Source: Octopus bimaculoides (taxonomy: Eukaryota). From it: a stretch of 32,577 bases of DNA. The DNA lies in the NCBI RefSeq assembly GCF_001194135.2, contig NC_068999.1, positions 21,168,031 through 21,200,607 on the forward strand. Direction: 5' to 3'. The notes under the pieces are model-generated. The model ran no database searches. It worked only from the letters and a program-made list of their open reading frames with translations, and was not told the DNA's origin. Made by a program: the position numbers and the translations under genes. This document shows, in pieces, positions 1 through 11,277 of the stretch. How positions within the stretch are numbered: the first letter of the stretch is position 1; every line of letters starts with the position of its first letter.

Positions 1-10
1 ATATATATAT

Positions 11-220
11 GTGTGTGTGTCCCTGTTTGTCCCCCACCATCCCTTGACAACCGATGCTGGTGTGTTTACGTCCCCGTAACTTAGCGGTTCGGCAAAAAGA
101 GCTGATAGAATAAGTACTAGGCATCCAAAGAATAATTCTTGGGGTCGATTTACTCGACTAAAGGCGGTGCTCCAGCATGGCCGCAGTCAAATGACTGAAA
201 CAAGTAAAAGAGTAAAAGAG
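11..220 (+). mobile_element. 3' half of tRNA-derived SINE, 'family A' (octopus-type)
   Basis: Begins at a (TG)n tract. Aligns by eye with 4410-4618 (+) and 20361-20507 (-): CTTGACAACCGATGCTGG...TCCCCGTAACTTAGCGGTTCGGC...CAGTCAAATGACTGAAACAAGTAAAAG, then an A-rich AGTAAAAG tail. Confidence 0.85.
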
Positions 221-262
<42 letters not shown>

Positions 263-269
263 TACACAC

Positions 270-302
<33 letters not shown>

Positions 303-395
303 CATACACATATATATGTATGTGTGTGTTTGTGTGTAGGTATGTATGAATGCATGTGTGTATGCATGTGTGTGTGTTTACAAGCATATATGTAC
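221..395. repeat. compound (TA)n/(CA)n/(TG)n microsatellite
   Basis: Directly visible; source of the spurious HT/YI/CV ORFs. Confidence 0.95.
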
Positions 396-714
396 GACTC
401 CTTCCATGCTACCTCCAACTGGCTCCTATGTCCATACTCCTATCGCAGGATTTTCAGTAGCTGTTCTCTCCACATTTAGACATTACTTTCTTCAGTAACT
501 GACACATTTCCCCCAAATCCTGTTTTGGCCCTTTTAGCCAGTAGCCGGTGTACGCCATTTATTCGAAAATCACAATACATAAATAGCTTACTTGTTTGTG
601 TAGCATGAAAGGCAAGTACTTCTGTACTCTAAAATTTCGGCTGCTCTAACACACTTTCCTTATCACAATTTCTAGTAACACCAAAATTCAAATGTTCCTG
701 AGAGGTTGCAGCCT

Positions 715-780
715 AGCCCAGTATTTAACTGATGCTTATTTCATCGATCCAGGAAGTATGGAATTTTGTCAAACTCAGCA
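715..780 (-). mobile_element. highly decayed fragment of SINE 'family C' (central domain)
   Basis: CCCAGTATTTAACTGATGCTTATTTCATCGATCC resembles the reverse complement of 28685-28718 (GTCGTTTAAATAAATACCAGTTAAGCACTGGG). Confidence 0.4.
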
Positions 781-944
781 TAATAAGTGCTGTCACTTCC
801 TATGGAGTTTTGTTGTAACTGTAACGAATTTGTTATACAAGACGGCATTCTAGACGTTTGGTAATAAGTATGTCTAACTTCGGTACAAATCGAGATATTT
901 GCATATTAGTATCTGCTAATTCTCTTTCATTTGATAGTACATAC

Positions 945-1050
945 TGTATCGAGCTTGAAACGGAGTACAAAGCCAACGGCAGTAGGATTCTAAATCTAAA
1001 CGTAAAGTAAATAAATACCGCTAGGCATTTTACCCAGTACTCTTCCGATA
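945..1050 (-). mobile_element. decayed 5' part of SINE 'family C'
   Basis: Minus strand reads GGGTAAAATGCCTAGCGGTATTT...TTTACGTT, similar to GGGCGAAATGCTTAGCGGTATTT at 28600-28622. Confidence 0.45.
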
Positions 1051-2271
1051 TAACCACTCACTACTCCCTTACAAATTTTATTTAAATAAGATAGATAGAG
1101 ACCGTGGTCTGCATGCCAGTAATAACAGGAAAATGCTTTCAAATAACACATTATTGCCTCCAATCCATGACATTATTGATAATATCGTTCTAGAAGTTCT
1201 CTGCCAGGGAAAAGCCGCATGATCACAGATAAATGTTTTTTTTATCAGAATCGGATACGACTTTTATATAAACAACAATAACAATAGCAATGATGGGATG
1301 GTACACAGACAGATTATGAAACGTGTGAATTTAACAGAGAAATCTGCAAAAGAATAGTTTATATTGTATAGCATATGCATCGTTAAATGTTGAATTTCTA
1401 TGAAGGAGACACCATCAAGAGGCAATCAGTATAGATAAATGGTTATCCTGATTACTAAATTAAGTGTTTCCTTACAACCACCGATCACCGACCTCGAGAC
1501 GCTGACAGAGTGTAGATGTATTCACTCGGGTCATACCTACTATCGTCACCCGCTTTTCAACCGGGGTGTAGCAAAATAATCGATGGTAAGAAAAAAAATT
1601 GTCTGCCCTTCCAGACCAGAGGGTGAACGTGGGAGTTATGTTCACGGTGAAATTAAAATTATCATACTCTTACTAACATTATCTTTACACAAATACTTTC
1701 TTCTCCCGACATACACAAACTTAGCAAAACATCAACAAACTTGAATAACTGAAAAAAATTATTTACTAACACAGATTTCATCCCAACAGTTCATATTTAA
1801 ATTAAATTTAAATAACTTAATAGTTGAATACATAATCTGTCTAGTAGTTCTATTTTTTAGTCAACTTCGAACAAAGACAGCTTAGCGGTGTTTTCTGCCT
1901 CTATTCAGAATTGGGAAATAAGTCGGCGCCATTTGCATTTGTTTTTTGCTACGAAAAGGGATAATTGAGACTTTCTTTCAGATGTAATAGCATATTGGTG
2001 TTGTTTCAAGAATTTCTCTCGCTGTAATTATTGCTATTATCTGTAATAATACACTGGTGTTCCTGATGTTAATTCCGTGAGATGGTTGTGGTCTGTAAAC
2101 GGTTTCGAGTAGGAACCGGGGAAAGAAGAATGGACAACGCAGTGCGCATGTTCATAAACCGGAAGAGACGAATATAAACGCAATATCAAACAAGTTATAT
2201 GATGGTCTGCATGCCACTTCTGACACCACTATCATGCAGCTTTGCTGCAATTCTCTCGTTATCTAGCGGGG

Positions 2272-2371
<100 letters not shown>

Positions 2372-3051
2372 ATTTGTAACATTTGCAGCAGTGTTCAAAT
2401 TCTTTCTCTTGTCATCTTCTGTGTGCAGATAGGCCTTTAGGTGATTGATGGCACCACATATGTAGCACATAAGCCAATTTCCTGCCAACTCTAGAATTAA
2501 CTAGGAGACATTTTGAAATCAGAACGTATCAAATTAAAGTACATACGCCCTACAAACTGTACGAGTCATTACAATATACCATAACTACTGCAAAAATAAC
2601 AATGATTTAGATCGCTTTTAAGTATCAAAAACCGGAGAGCATGAAAATGACTCGAAATATTCTGTTTCACGGCCTTTACCTTGGAATATTAATTTCTAGC
2701 AAAGGAATAACTTTTCAAATTTGCGGAAGAGTAGTAAAATACTTGTATCAACCCCGGTACTTGACTACAAGTTTACTTTTAATGAAATATCGATGCTCAT
2801 CTCGCCAGAAATATTGGTTTTTACTGCTGCAAAATCGAAAATGAACAATGTTCCAAAGGTTGAAAAGCAAATAAACAAATAGACGGTTAAAATGCATCAA
2901 TAAATATAACACAGCCGCAACATGGTTATGGAAAAATAGTGAAATGTCTCAGGAAACAACGACATAACATTGCGAAATGAAATATGTCAACCGTTATGAC
3001 AAGACCAAACAATATATATGCGCATGTATGTGGTTATAAACACACGTACAT

Positions 3052-3105
<54 letters not shown>

Positions 3106-3275
3106 GTGCAGCCACATACTAAGGCATTTATGTATATGTATACACACGTATACATATCTATGCGTATGTATAAGTATATGGTGCAGCCTCGCTGTTAGAT
3201 GTAGTTGTGTTTTCATTATACATAAATATGCACATAAATATGTGTGTGATGTGCATGTGTATTTTTGAGTGAATT

Positions 3276-3323
<48 letters not shown>

Positions 3324-3337
3324 CGCACACACACACA
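3052..3337. repeat. (GATA)n at 3052-3104 and (CA)n at ~3278-3337
   Basis: Directly visible. Confidence 0.95.
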
Positions 3338-3977
3338 TATAAATATATAAATTTAAACATTATGACAAATTATTTCTAAACTAATAATATGCAACAAAGA
3401 GAGAGAGAGGTAGCACCGTGACGCACTTTTTCCTGTTTTGTAGACTGCTCCTCTAAGGAGACGTGCTATCTTTCCAATCAATACCAGATCAGTTCCTATA
3501 TGGCAGTCATAAATTAGGCTAGGGCCGTGATGGAAGGTCTTGTTTACATATCTGTGATTTTTACGGCTTGTCATTAATTGTACACTGTTTAAGATATGCA
3601 TTATCAGCGTAAATCGGAAGTGAAATAAATTTTAACATTGCATAGCTACACAACGCCTTCAATAACAATATAAACATATTCTTTCTCTGATATTAGCATG
3701 CGGGGAAGGAGAAAGCTGGAGCCATCTGATCAGTCTTTGTACAGTTTGTTGACTGCACATTAGAGAAGTTGTTATTGATTCGTTTCTTAATGAACACCAT
3801 AGATTAGACGCTATATAAAGCAGTAATAAACTGTCTGTCAGGAGACTTCCCCCTTTCTTTTCTCCGTATGTCGATAACATAGAAAGTATCGGCTTCCATT
3901 TATATTACATCTTCTGTGTGGTTTTGTAATTTCATAATTGTAGTTTTAGATTTATATCATTTCTAAAGATTTGAGCA

Positions 3978-4008
<31 letters not shown>

Positions 4009-4161
4009 CACACATACATATATAGAAAAAATATATAGGTTACAAACCGGATCTTTCTCTATTAGCAAGAGATCTTTAAATAAAACTGCATAATGACATA
4101 CGTACATACATACATACATACATACATACATACATACATACATACATACATACATACATAC
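3978..4161. repeat. two (TACA)n tracts, ~3978-4020 and ~4096-4161
   Basis: Directly visible. Confidence 0.95.
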
Positions 4162-4166
4162 AAAGA

Positions 4167-4341
4167 GGTGCAGGCGTGGCTGTGTAGTAAGAAGTTTGCT
4201 TGCCGACCACATGGGTCTGAGTTCAGTCGCACTGTGGCATCTTGGATAAGAGACTTCTAAAGCCTCAGGACCAACAAAGCCGTATGCGTGGATTTCGTAG
4301 AGGAAACTGAAAGAGGCCCATCGTATTTGCGTGCTTGAGTG

Positions 4342-4385
<44 letters not shown>

Positions 4386-4618
4386 GTGCGTGTGTGTGTA
4401 TGTGTCTGTGTGTTCGTGTCTGTGTTTATACCCCACCACCACTTGACGACCGGTGTTGGCTTGTTTACATCCCCGTAGCTTAGCGATTCGGCAACACGGA
4501 CCGATAGAGCAGTACCAGCTTTCAAAAGACTACTGGGACTGATTCGTTTGACTAAAACCCCTTTCGACGCAGTACCCCAGATTGGACGCAGTCAAATAAC
4601 TGAAACAAGCAAAAGAAA
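4167..4618 (+). mobile_element. full-length tRNA-derived SINE 'family A' with an internal (TG)n microsatellite; central block resembles the Meta domain as I recall it
   Basis: A-box-like TGGCTGTGTAG and B-box-like GAGTTCAGTC. Central block GTGGCATCTTGGATAAG...GACCAACAAAGCC...GTGGATTT...GGAAACTGAAAGA. (TG)n at ~4348-4410. 3' half matches 11-220 and ends in an A-rich tail. Confidence 0.85.
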
Positions 4619-5137
4619 AATATATATTTACATACATACATACGTACATACATACATACATACATAAATACATATATAGGTAGGGATATTGGCAAAATAC
4701 CTGACGAAGGTCAATATGTAATGTAGTTGTAAATGGCCAAGAATTACTCGTAATAAAGGCGTTCGAATGAAATATCAGTAAAAAGAAATCAAACTATTGT
4801 CCTCAACGTTTAAAGCAGGCTTTTGTATAATGCACTGTGCTAGAGACTACAGCTCAGTATTAATCGTATGCTTCGTAATTAATGCAAATGTTACATAATG
4901 ATATTACATAACGACACGTGTTCAACAGAAAGAGGAAACGGTTGTATTTCATGTTATGCTGTTATAAAACAGGTGATCTTTTATTCTTGATATTACTTAA
5001 TTCTAAAAATAATATGAAAAATCTGTAGAAAATGGGATGCTGGGAAGTAAGTTACTTATGGAAATTAAATCTATATGATCGCATATGGAACCTGAAATAC
5101 CCAGAGGAAATAAATTTATTCAGTTATTGCAATACAT

Positions 5138-5449
5138 TTGTGAAGCACGTGGCTTAGTGGTTAGGGGTCTTCGGCTTACGATCGTAAGGTCGTGAGTTCA
5201 ATTCCCGCCGACGAGTCGTGTCCTTGTGCAAGACACTTTATTTCATGTTGCTTCATTCTACTAAGTTGGCAAAAAAGAGTTGTACCTGTATTTCAAAAGG
5301 CCAGGTTTGTCACACTCTGTGTCACACTGAATGTCCTTGAGGACTACGTTAAGGGTACACGTGTCTGTGGAGTGCTCAGCCACTTGCACGTTAAATTCAC
5401 AAGCAGGCTGTTCCATTGATCGGATCAATTGGAACCCTAGTGATCGTAA
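5138..5449 (+). mobile_element. tRNA-derived SINE 'family B' (head H1 + CORE-like block + tail T1)
   Basis: A box TGGCTTAGTGG, B box GAGTTCAATTC, CORE-like GTGTCCTTGTGCAAGACACTT. Tail 5307-5449 is near-identical to 29581-29722. Perfect 8-bp direct repeat CAATACAT at 5130-5137 and 5450-5457 (TSD). Confidence 0.9.
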
Positions 5450-5688
5450 CAATACATGCTATACAAAGTGATGAGGATTTAAGGAAAGTACGAATTCATC
5501 ATCTTCTGTTCTTTTGTGGATAACTTGTCCTAAAGGGTCAGGAGGTACCTATCATCCTCACTTTTACTATTGCCGTCTGGCACTGGCTTGTTTTTGCTTT
5601 TCTAATGTATGGCTTGTAAGGTCCTGTCTAGGACCTCTAGAGATACCTTTTGTGCTAATATAATTCAACCCAAGCAATCATTTAACAT

Positions 5689-5961
5689 GTAGGGGACGTG
5701 TGGCTTAGTGGTTATGGTGTTGGACTCGTGATCGTAAGTTTGTGGTTTCAATTCCTGGACCGGGCAACGCGTTGTGTTTTTGATCAAAAGCCTTCATTTC
5801 AAGTTGCTACATTCCACTCAGCTGGCAAACATGAGTAATCCTACGACAGACCGGCGCCCATCCCGAGGGAAATATGTATGCCATGTTAACCTGGAAAGCG
5901 GCCCTATAAGTCTATACGACTCAGAAGGACCTTTATCCATTATCCTTTATCCTTTATCCTG
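5689..5961 (+). mobile_element. tRNA-derived SINE (head H1 + CORE-like block + different tail T2 ending in (CTTTATC)n)
   Basis: A box TGGCTTAGTGG, B-box-like GGTTTCAATTCC, tandem-repeat tail at 5931-5960. TSD ATCATTTAACAT (5677-5688) / ATCATTTGACAT (5962-5973), 11/12 match. Confidence 0.88.
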
Positions 5962-6169
5962 ATCATTTGACATATCAATGTTGCCGCAAGGTACAACTTT
6001 TCTGCTGAAATGTAAGAACTTTAAAGCTGAACATGCTGTACGGCATCCATGTAGACGTTCAACAGTAATAACTAAAAAAGCAATGTCATGACTACAACAT
6101 CATGTTGGCGGTTTTTGGCAAGCATTCGGCTAATCGGAAATGTTTTTTTTATTTTCTCTTTCACCCTGA

Positions 6170-6420
6170 ATCTCAGCGAAGCATATTCTAGTTTCTCGTT
6201 GACAAACGAGATACTGCCAACTTGTCTGCAGTGAGTGTTGACGTTGATATATGATCTTAATGTGACAACATTGAATGAATGTTTCGCAACTTCTGTAGAT
6301 AGTTTTATGGAGTCAATGTGGTTAAGTTACAGAAGGTCATATGTTTGAAGTTCTTGACCATTTATATTCTTTGAGCTCGTTTTCAATGTAGCTTGAAGCA
6401 TTTATGCATTGAAGCTGCAT
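6170..6420 (-). mobile_element. possible decayed hAT transposase C-terminal (dimerisation domain) fragment
   Basis: Minus strand with a frameshift gives ...LSTEVAKHSFNVVTLRSYI/STLTADKLAV, loosely like the hATC motif S..ERSFS.L..IK..LRST....RL. Weak, by eye only. Confidence 0.25.
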
Positions 6421-6859
6421 TGAAGTTTACTGCATTTCCCTGCCCGACTAAATCTGTTCCGCTTGATACCTGAAATCTTTGGCTATATTATATCGATACA
6501 TTGTGTCAAAGTAGAAGCGGATTGTATAGTTCACAATATTTTAACAGCAAAACTAAAATAAACTCAAGGCATTATTAACATAGTTTGCCATCAAACTCTA
6601 CAAAGATCCTGAAATAAACTTGGACCTTGCGGATCATGGAGAAGTTAAAGAAGAAAAAGCTATCCATGTTGATTGTCCCTTACAGTATACTCTCTTATCA
6701 TGGAGCTATCCAAATTATTGTCAGATTGTTCTTTAACTCGTGTATTTTCTTTTCTTTATCAGCATCTAAGATTGTTTTATGTATAATAGGACAAAACCTA
6801 ATGATACAAAAATGCTTGTTTTTGTTTTCAATGAGAATATTCTGGTAGTCCTTTGAAAA

Positions 6860-7046
6860 GTTATGGGGATAATAATAATAATGCAACACCTCTCCCACGT
6901 GATGAGGGGTATGTGATAGTCGTTACAAATATTGTGACGTTAGAAGTCGGGATAGTCAATCATGTATAGACGTGTCTTACTTGTCTAACTAACTATACTG
7001 CTATACCGGAGTGAACATCATAACAGTCCGGCGTTGGATTACAACA
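6860..7046 (+). repeat. 5' LTR (first ~75 bp not alignable)
   Basis: Aligns with 7671-7853; ends ...GGATTACAACA immediately before the PBS. Confidence 0.8.
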
Positions 7047-7047
7047 G

Positions 7048-7061
7048 TGACGACGAGGATG
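7048..7061 (+). other. primer-binding site complementary to tRNA-Ser(GCU) 3' end
   Basis: TGACGACGAGGATG vs expected TGGCGACGAGGATG (13/14; tRNA-Ser(GCU) ends ...CAUCCUCGUCGCCA), 1 nt after the LTR end. Confidence 0.75.
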
Positions 7062-7545
7062 AGGTAGCTCTACAACAACTCTTAAGAGTATACCAGGTGA
7101 CATCAAATCTAAACATACCAGCAGGTATGTCACCAGCGGAGCTGATGTTGGTGAGGAAAATAAAATCATTCTTCGACAAATTACTACCTGGTAAGAAAAA
7201 TTGCAATGGATAATACTGCAAGATATTTCAAACTTGGTGAAAATGTATTTGTTAGGACATATAAGAACGGAAAACAAAGTTGGGAAGATGGCGTGATCAC
7301 CAAACGCATAGGAAAAATACTATACTTGATAAAAGGAAGAGAAGGGGTATACAAGAAATACATGAATCAACTAAAAAAAAAGATTCGTTGAGAGGGAACG
7401 CAAGAGAATGGACGAATTAATGGAATGGTTATATGATATTTTTCAAGTACCAACGCCACTACAAATAATTGAACCCAGACGCACAAGCGTAAGAAAAAGG
7501 AAGTGTACGGAGTTCCTGGAAGCGGATTCCAAACAACAAATTTTA
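7058..7545 (+). pseudogene. Gypsy integrase C-terminal relic (frameshifted)
   Basis: DEVALQQLLRVYQVTSNLNIPAGMSPAELMLVRKIKSFFDKLLP (cf. FL..YR.TP...G.SPAELM.GR), then FKLGENVFVRTYKNGKQSWEDGVITKRIGKILYLIK...MNQLKK (GPY/F-like; track ORF 7206-7391), then PRRTSVRKRK. Confidence 0.85.
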
Positions 7546-7576
7546 AAATTTGTAACTGTCTGAAAAACAAAACTTG

Positions 7577-7593
7577 AAAAAAGGGAGGTGGGA
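7577..7593 (+). other. polypurine tract
   Basis: AAAAAAGGGAGGTGGGA directly 5' of TGATGTAA (3' LTR start). Confidence 0.75.
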
Positions 7594-7856
7594 TGATGTA
7601 AACATTATTGCTAATAAAAAGAAATAAAATTACATTCCCTAAGAAAAACGAAAAACTTAAAAATTTAGATGTTATGGGAATAATAATAGTAATAGTGCAA
7701 CATCCCTTCCACTTGACGAGTGGTATGTGTTAGTCGTTACAAATACTGTGACGTGAGAGGTCGGGGTAGTTGGTCATAGACAGTCATGTCTTACTTGTCT
7801 AACTATACTGCTATATCGTAGTGGACATTATAACAGCTCGACATTGGATTACAGTA
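7594..7856 (+). repeat. 3' LTR (~260 bp)
   Basis: Starts TG after the PPT; 7671-7853 matches the 5' LTR; the terminal CA is degraded. Confidence 0.8.
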
Positions 7857-8699
7857 AAAATGCTGTGTAAGTGTTGTGTTACTTGGGTGTTCAGCTTGCT
7901 GAGTGTAAGTTTGCTGAAATGAAGTAGTCCAATTGACCATTTTGCGAAGGACAGCAAGTTGTTAAATACCGGGATGTCTTGCAATAAGAAAGGTAAAAAA
8001 TGCAGAGAAGCCTCATGACATAGCAAAGTTATAACTAATCAGCGTCTATTTTGCTACGTCAATGCAAATATTACATCGTCTGCTCTTTTTTGTGATGGAC
8101 TCTGTTGAATTGCAGGACTTAGCTCTGATGTTTGCATTATATATCTGGGTAAAGAGTGCACAGGGGGGATTATCCCATCTGTTGTTTATATTATCCCATC
8201 CGCTGTCTAAACAATATTCAGAAATCTCATCGCCCTTTCTTGCATCCTTTTCTTGTTACGGTCTTGTAAACTGGCTGCTGCATTTCATGTCTTCAAAGCC
8301 GCTTGAATTCTTGTAAAGAAAATATAAGTACCACGAACCACCTGAGTTTTCACAATTCTGAAGATTGCTTTGTTCCTGGCGCAGTATTGAAACTACACTA
8401 CTGATAGGATACAATAAGTTTGACTGCACATTCAGTAGGCCTCTCTTTTCGTTTCAAATCGCTTTTTTTTTTCAATTTCTCTTTAATATGAGATTTTGTT
8501 TTTGTTTTAATTTACATCCAGCACGTGTCAAATAAAAAGAAAATTACATTTGGTTGTGCTTCTAATTTAAATAGATACCCAAAAATTTGGATTCACGCTT
8601 AAATTAATTCTTCTGAATTAAAATATGGAAGAGAGAGAATGGAAGAGAGAAAATTGGAGAGAGACAAAAGTAGTAGACTGGAAGTCAGAACTGGCAACA

Positions 8700-9120
8700 G
8701 TAATTAGAAAGAGAGTAGCATTAAAAGAAACGAAAGAAACTAGAGTAACAGTGATAAAGAAAAAAGGAAGAGAAATTTAACAAACCATGAGAAAAAAAAA
8801 GGCAATAAGGAAAAAAAAGTTGTTGATGATATTAGCATGGCAGAGATTATGAGTGCAAAAAGGCAATGGAAAAAAGATATAAGAATTGAAAAGTATGGGG
8901 CAAAAACATCTAAGAGGAGAGAAGATAACAATGGGAATCTGGTATGAGTAAACGCAGGCAAGAAAAATAAAGAGTGGAAATAGAAAGACTTGAAGTGTCA
9001 AATGTTTTAGTGATGATCGATGAGAAGCAAAAAGATATAACATAGGGAATCGGTATTTTGGTAACAGCCGAGTGTTTACCGATTGCTACATGCAAAGAAT
9101 GTGCAGGAGAAATTGACGTA
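8700..9120 (+). mobile_element. possible decayed RTE-clade LINE ORF2 fragment (EN-RT linker)
   Basis: Purine-rich strand; translation AKRQWKKDIRIEKYG...REDNNGNLV*VNAGKKNKEWK* resembles the RTE linker C.RDD.G.L....KK..WK. Many stops; by-eye match only. Confidence 0.3.
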
Positions 9121-9149
9121 AACAAAGAGGCACTGTCATACAGACAGTC

Positions 9150-9153
9150 ACAC

Positions 9154-9200
<47 letters not shown>

Positions 9201-9421
9201 TTTTTGTGTGTGTGTGCGCGCGTGTGTGAGTGGTATATCATATATAGATATATACATACACACAAACATATATGTATACATACATACACACACATACATA
9301 GACATACACACATATATATGTATATATATATAAATCTGTGAGTGGTTAATGTGTATGCCTGTGAATGTGTTTATATCATGTGTGCCCGCGCGTAAGTATG
9401 TTTGTCATATGTCAATTATAA

Positions 9422-9456
<35 letters not shown>

Positions 9457-9523
9457 CACAAACAGATACACATTCAAGTTCGCACACATATATGCATGTA
9501 TATATATATATATATTTATATGC

Positions 9524-9554
<31 letters not shown>

Positions 9555-9565
9555 CGTGCGTGTGT

Positions 9566-9612
<47 letters not shown>

Positions 9613-9630
9613 TGTGTGTGTGTGTCTATA
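9150..9630. repeat. compound TA/TG/CA microsatellite field
   Basis: Directly visible. Confidence 0.95.
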
Positions 9631-9763
9631 CAATAGTTCCTCGGTTTACGACCGCCTGTGATCACCAAAAAGTCGTGCTTCATATATATATATATACGTA
9701 TATATATGAAGCACGATTTATTCGATTCGTAATCAGAGGTGCTCGAAAACCGAGGTACTACTG
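9631..9763. mobile_element. 133-bp palindromic MITE, Tc1/mariner-pogo (Tigger-like) type
   Basis: TA|CAATAGTTCCTCGGTTTACGACCGCCTGTGATCAC ... GTAATCAGAGGTGCTCGAAAACCGAGGTACTACTG|TA. TA on both sides; the arms pair almost to the centre. Confidence 0.85.
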
Positions 9764-10429
9764 TATANNNNNNNNNNNNNNNNNNNNNNNNNNNNNNNNN
9801 NNNNNNNNNNNNNNNNNNNNNNNNNNNNNNNNNNNNNNNNNNNNNNNNNNNNNNNNNNNNNNNNNNNNNNNNNNNNNNNNNNNNNNNNNNNNNNNNNNNN
9901 NNNNNNNNNNNNNNNNNNNNNNNNNNNNNNNNNTATATATATATATATATATATATATATGCGTATCTCTGAGTATATACATTGAACCAAGAGAAAAGTA
10001 AGTGGACAGTTTGAAAGATAAACAACAATTTGAAATATTTTGACATTTTGCCATTGTTTAGTTTTAACTTTCTTCATGTCTCCAAGTTTGTTTGTTTTTT
10101 TTTTGTTTCTTTTTCTTTTTTGCAGCCTTAAATAACAAATAATATGAGAAGATTCTTTCTATATTTTCAGCCGATTATATATGAACTTATTTACCCGAGC
10201 CATCAATAATGGCAGGAAATATACATAATTTAGTTAAAAGTATTGAAAATGACAATAGAATAAGTTAGTATATGAAAAAAAAGATATCTTAAATACATAT
10301 TTTTACATATTCTAATACATATTGTAAGGAACTATTTTGAAATACAAAACAAATATTTTTACCATTAAATGTTTGCTTTCATATTACACTGTTCGAAACT
10401 TTTATCAATCTATATATATAAACACAGGA

Positions 10430-10700
10430 TGTGTGTCTGTGTGTTTGTCATGTTGTTAAAACTCGAGATCCACCCAACTGATTTTAATGAAATTTTAGAC
10501 AAGCATTGCATAGAGTCCATAGACTATCATGAACCAAACAAATTTTCAACTTCTTACCTAATGCGGGCCTAGGGGCAGCTAAGCCGCATTTTGAAATCAT
10601 TTTCGCAGCGTTAAGGCTCATAACTTGAGGACTATCCAGTCGCTTTCCTCCAAATGTACAAGAAACATTAATCAGTCTCCTTGAATTGCTGTTGACTAAA
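10430..10700. mobile_element. possible non-autonomous Helentron/HINE-like repeat
   Basis: GTCTGT-type start followed by AACTCGAGA...CTGATTTTAATGAAATTTT, with a second similar block ATAACTTGAGGA...TTTCCTCCAAAT. Recalled resemblance only; ends not defined. Confidence 0.28.
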
Positions 10701-11277
10701 AAAAATTCCGACGCCAACTACGTACCCTGTCCCCCACAAAAATGCAGATTAGTCAGATTTGAGTATACTGCACTGGGTTTTATTTTTGTTTTAGGCCATT
10801 TTCCGACAATAGAATATTGACACTAGTTATACATTATAAGTAGCATATAATATTTCATGAAAACCTTTCTAATTTGGTGGAGGAAATGAGAATATTAAAA
10901 TGTTTGCCTGTGCCCTGCTGAGTCTTCATGTTACCATCCTGCGCACCACCAGGCCATGCGAGTGTGTGTGCGACTGGGTAAAGACATAACAAACCCATTC
11001 GTCCATTTTCCAGATGTGCCCTGTTGATGCTTCACGTTTCCAATACTACGCAACGCAGTTTGGCCCGGCAGTATGTCTGCTTTCTATGTCACCCATCTCT
11101 GAACTATATAATGCAAAATGTTCATACAAAAACACAGTTGTTGTGACGCACAACCATTTGAATTTCACCACGTGACTACTTCCGGAAGCTACACTCACTA
11201 CCAGCAATTAGTCCCTCCCGTGTGTCCCCCTCACGTGTGCACCACCCCCACCACCCGTCTAGTCGGACGAGTAAATA

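Larger units (their letters stand above)
6860..7856 (+). mobile_element. internally deleted Ty3/Gypsy LTR retrotransposon (mini/TRIM-like derivative)
   Basis: Direct repeats at 6860-7046 and 7671-7853 (roughly 80% by eye), PBS, integrase C-terminal relic, PPT, and a 3' LTR starting TGATGTAA whose reverse complement matches the 5' LTR end TTACAACA at 7/8. Confidence 0.85.

Noticed and set aside
3677-3889. Solo LTR or MITE (TG...CA ends, TATA- and AATAAA-like motifs, ~17-bp imperfect inverted flanks)
   Set aside because: No TSD, the inverted match is short and AT-rich, and there is no second copy in the window.
4701-4760. Hammerhead-like CTGACGA-A-GGTCA...TGGCC-AAGAATTACTCGTAATA
   Set aside because: GAAA box absent or displaced, A15.1-U16.1 pair missing, stem I unpaired and no PLE context.
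6583-6736. Open + frame FAIKLYKDPEINLDLADHGEVKEEKAIHVDCPLQ... after an AG
   Set aside because: Weak polypyrimidine tract, no donor, no homology recognised; an RNA-seq check would be needed.
7860-8510. Complex sequence after the 3' LTR as a transposase or exon
   Set aside because: Stops in the frames I examined and no motif I could assign; left unannotated.
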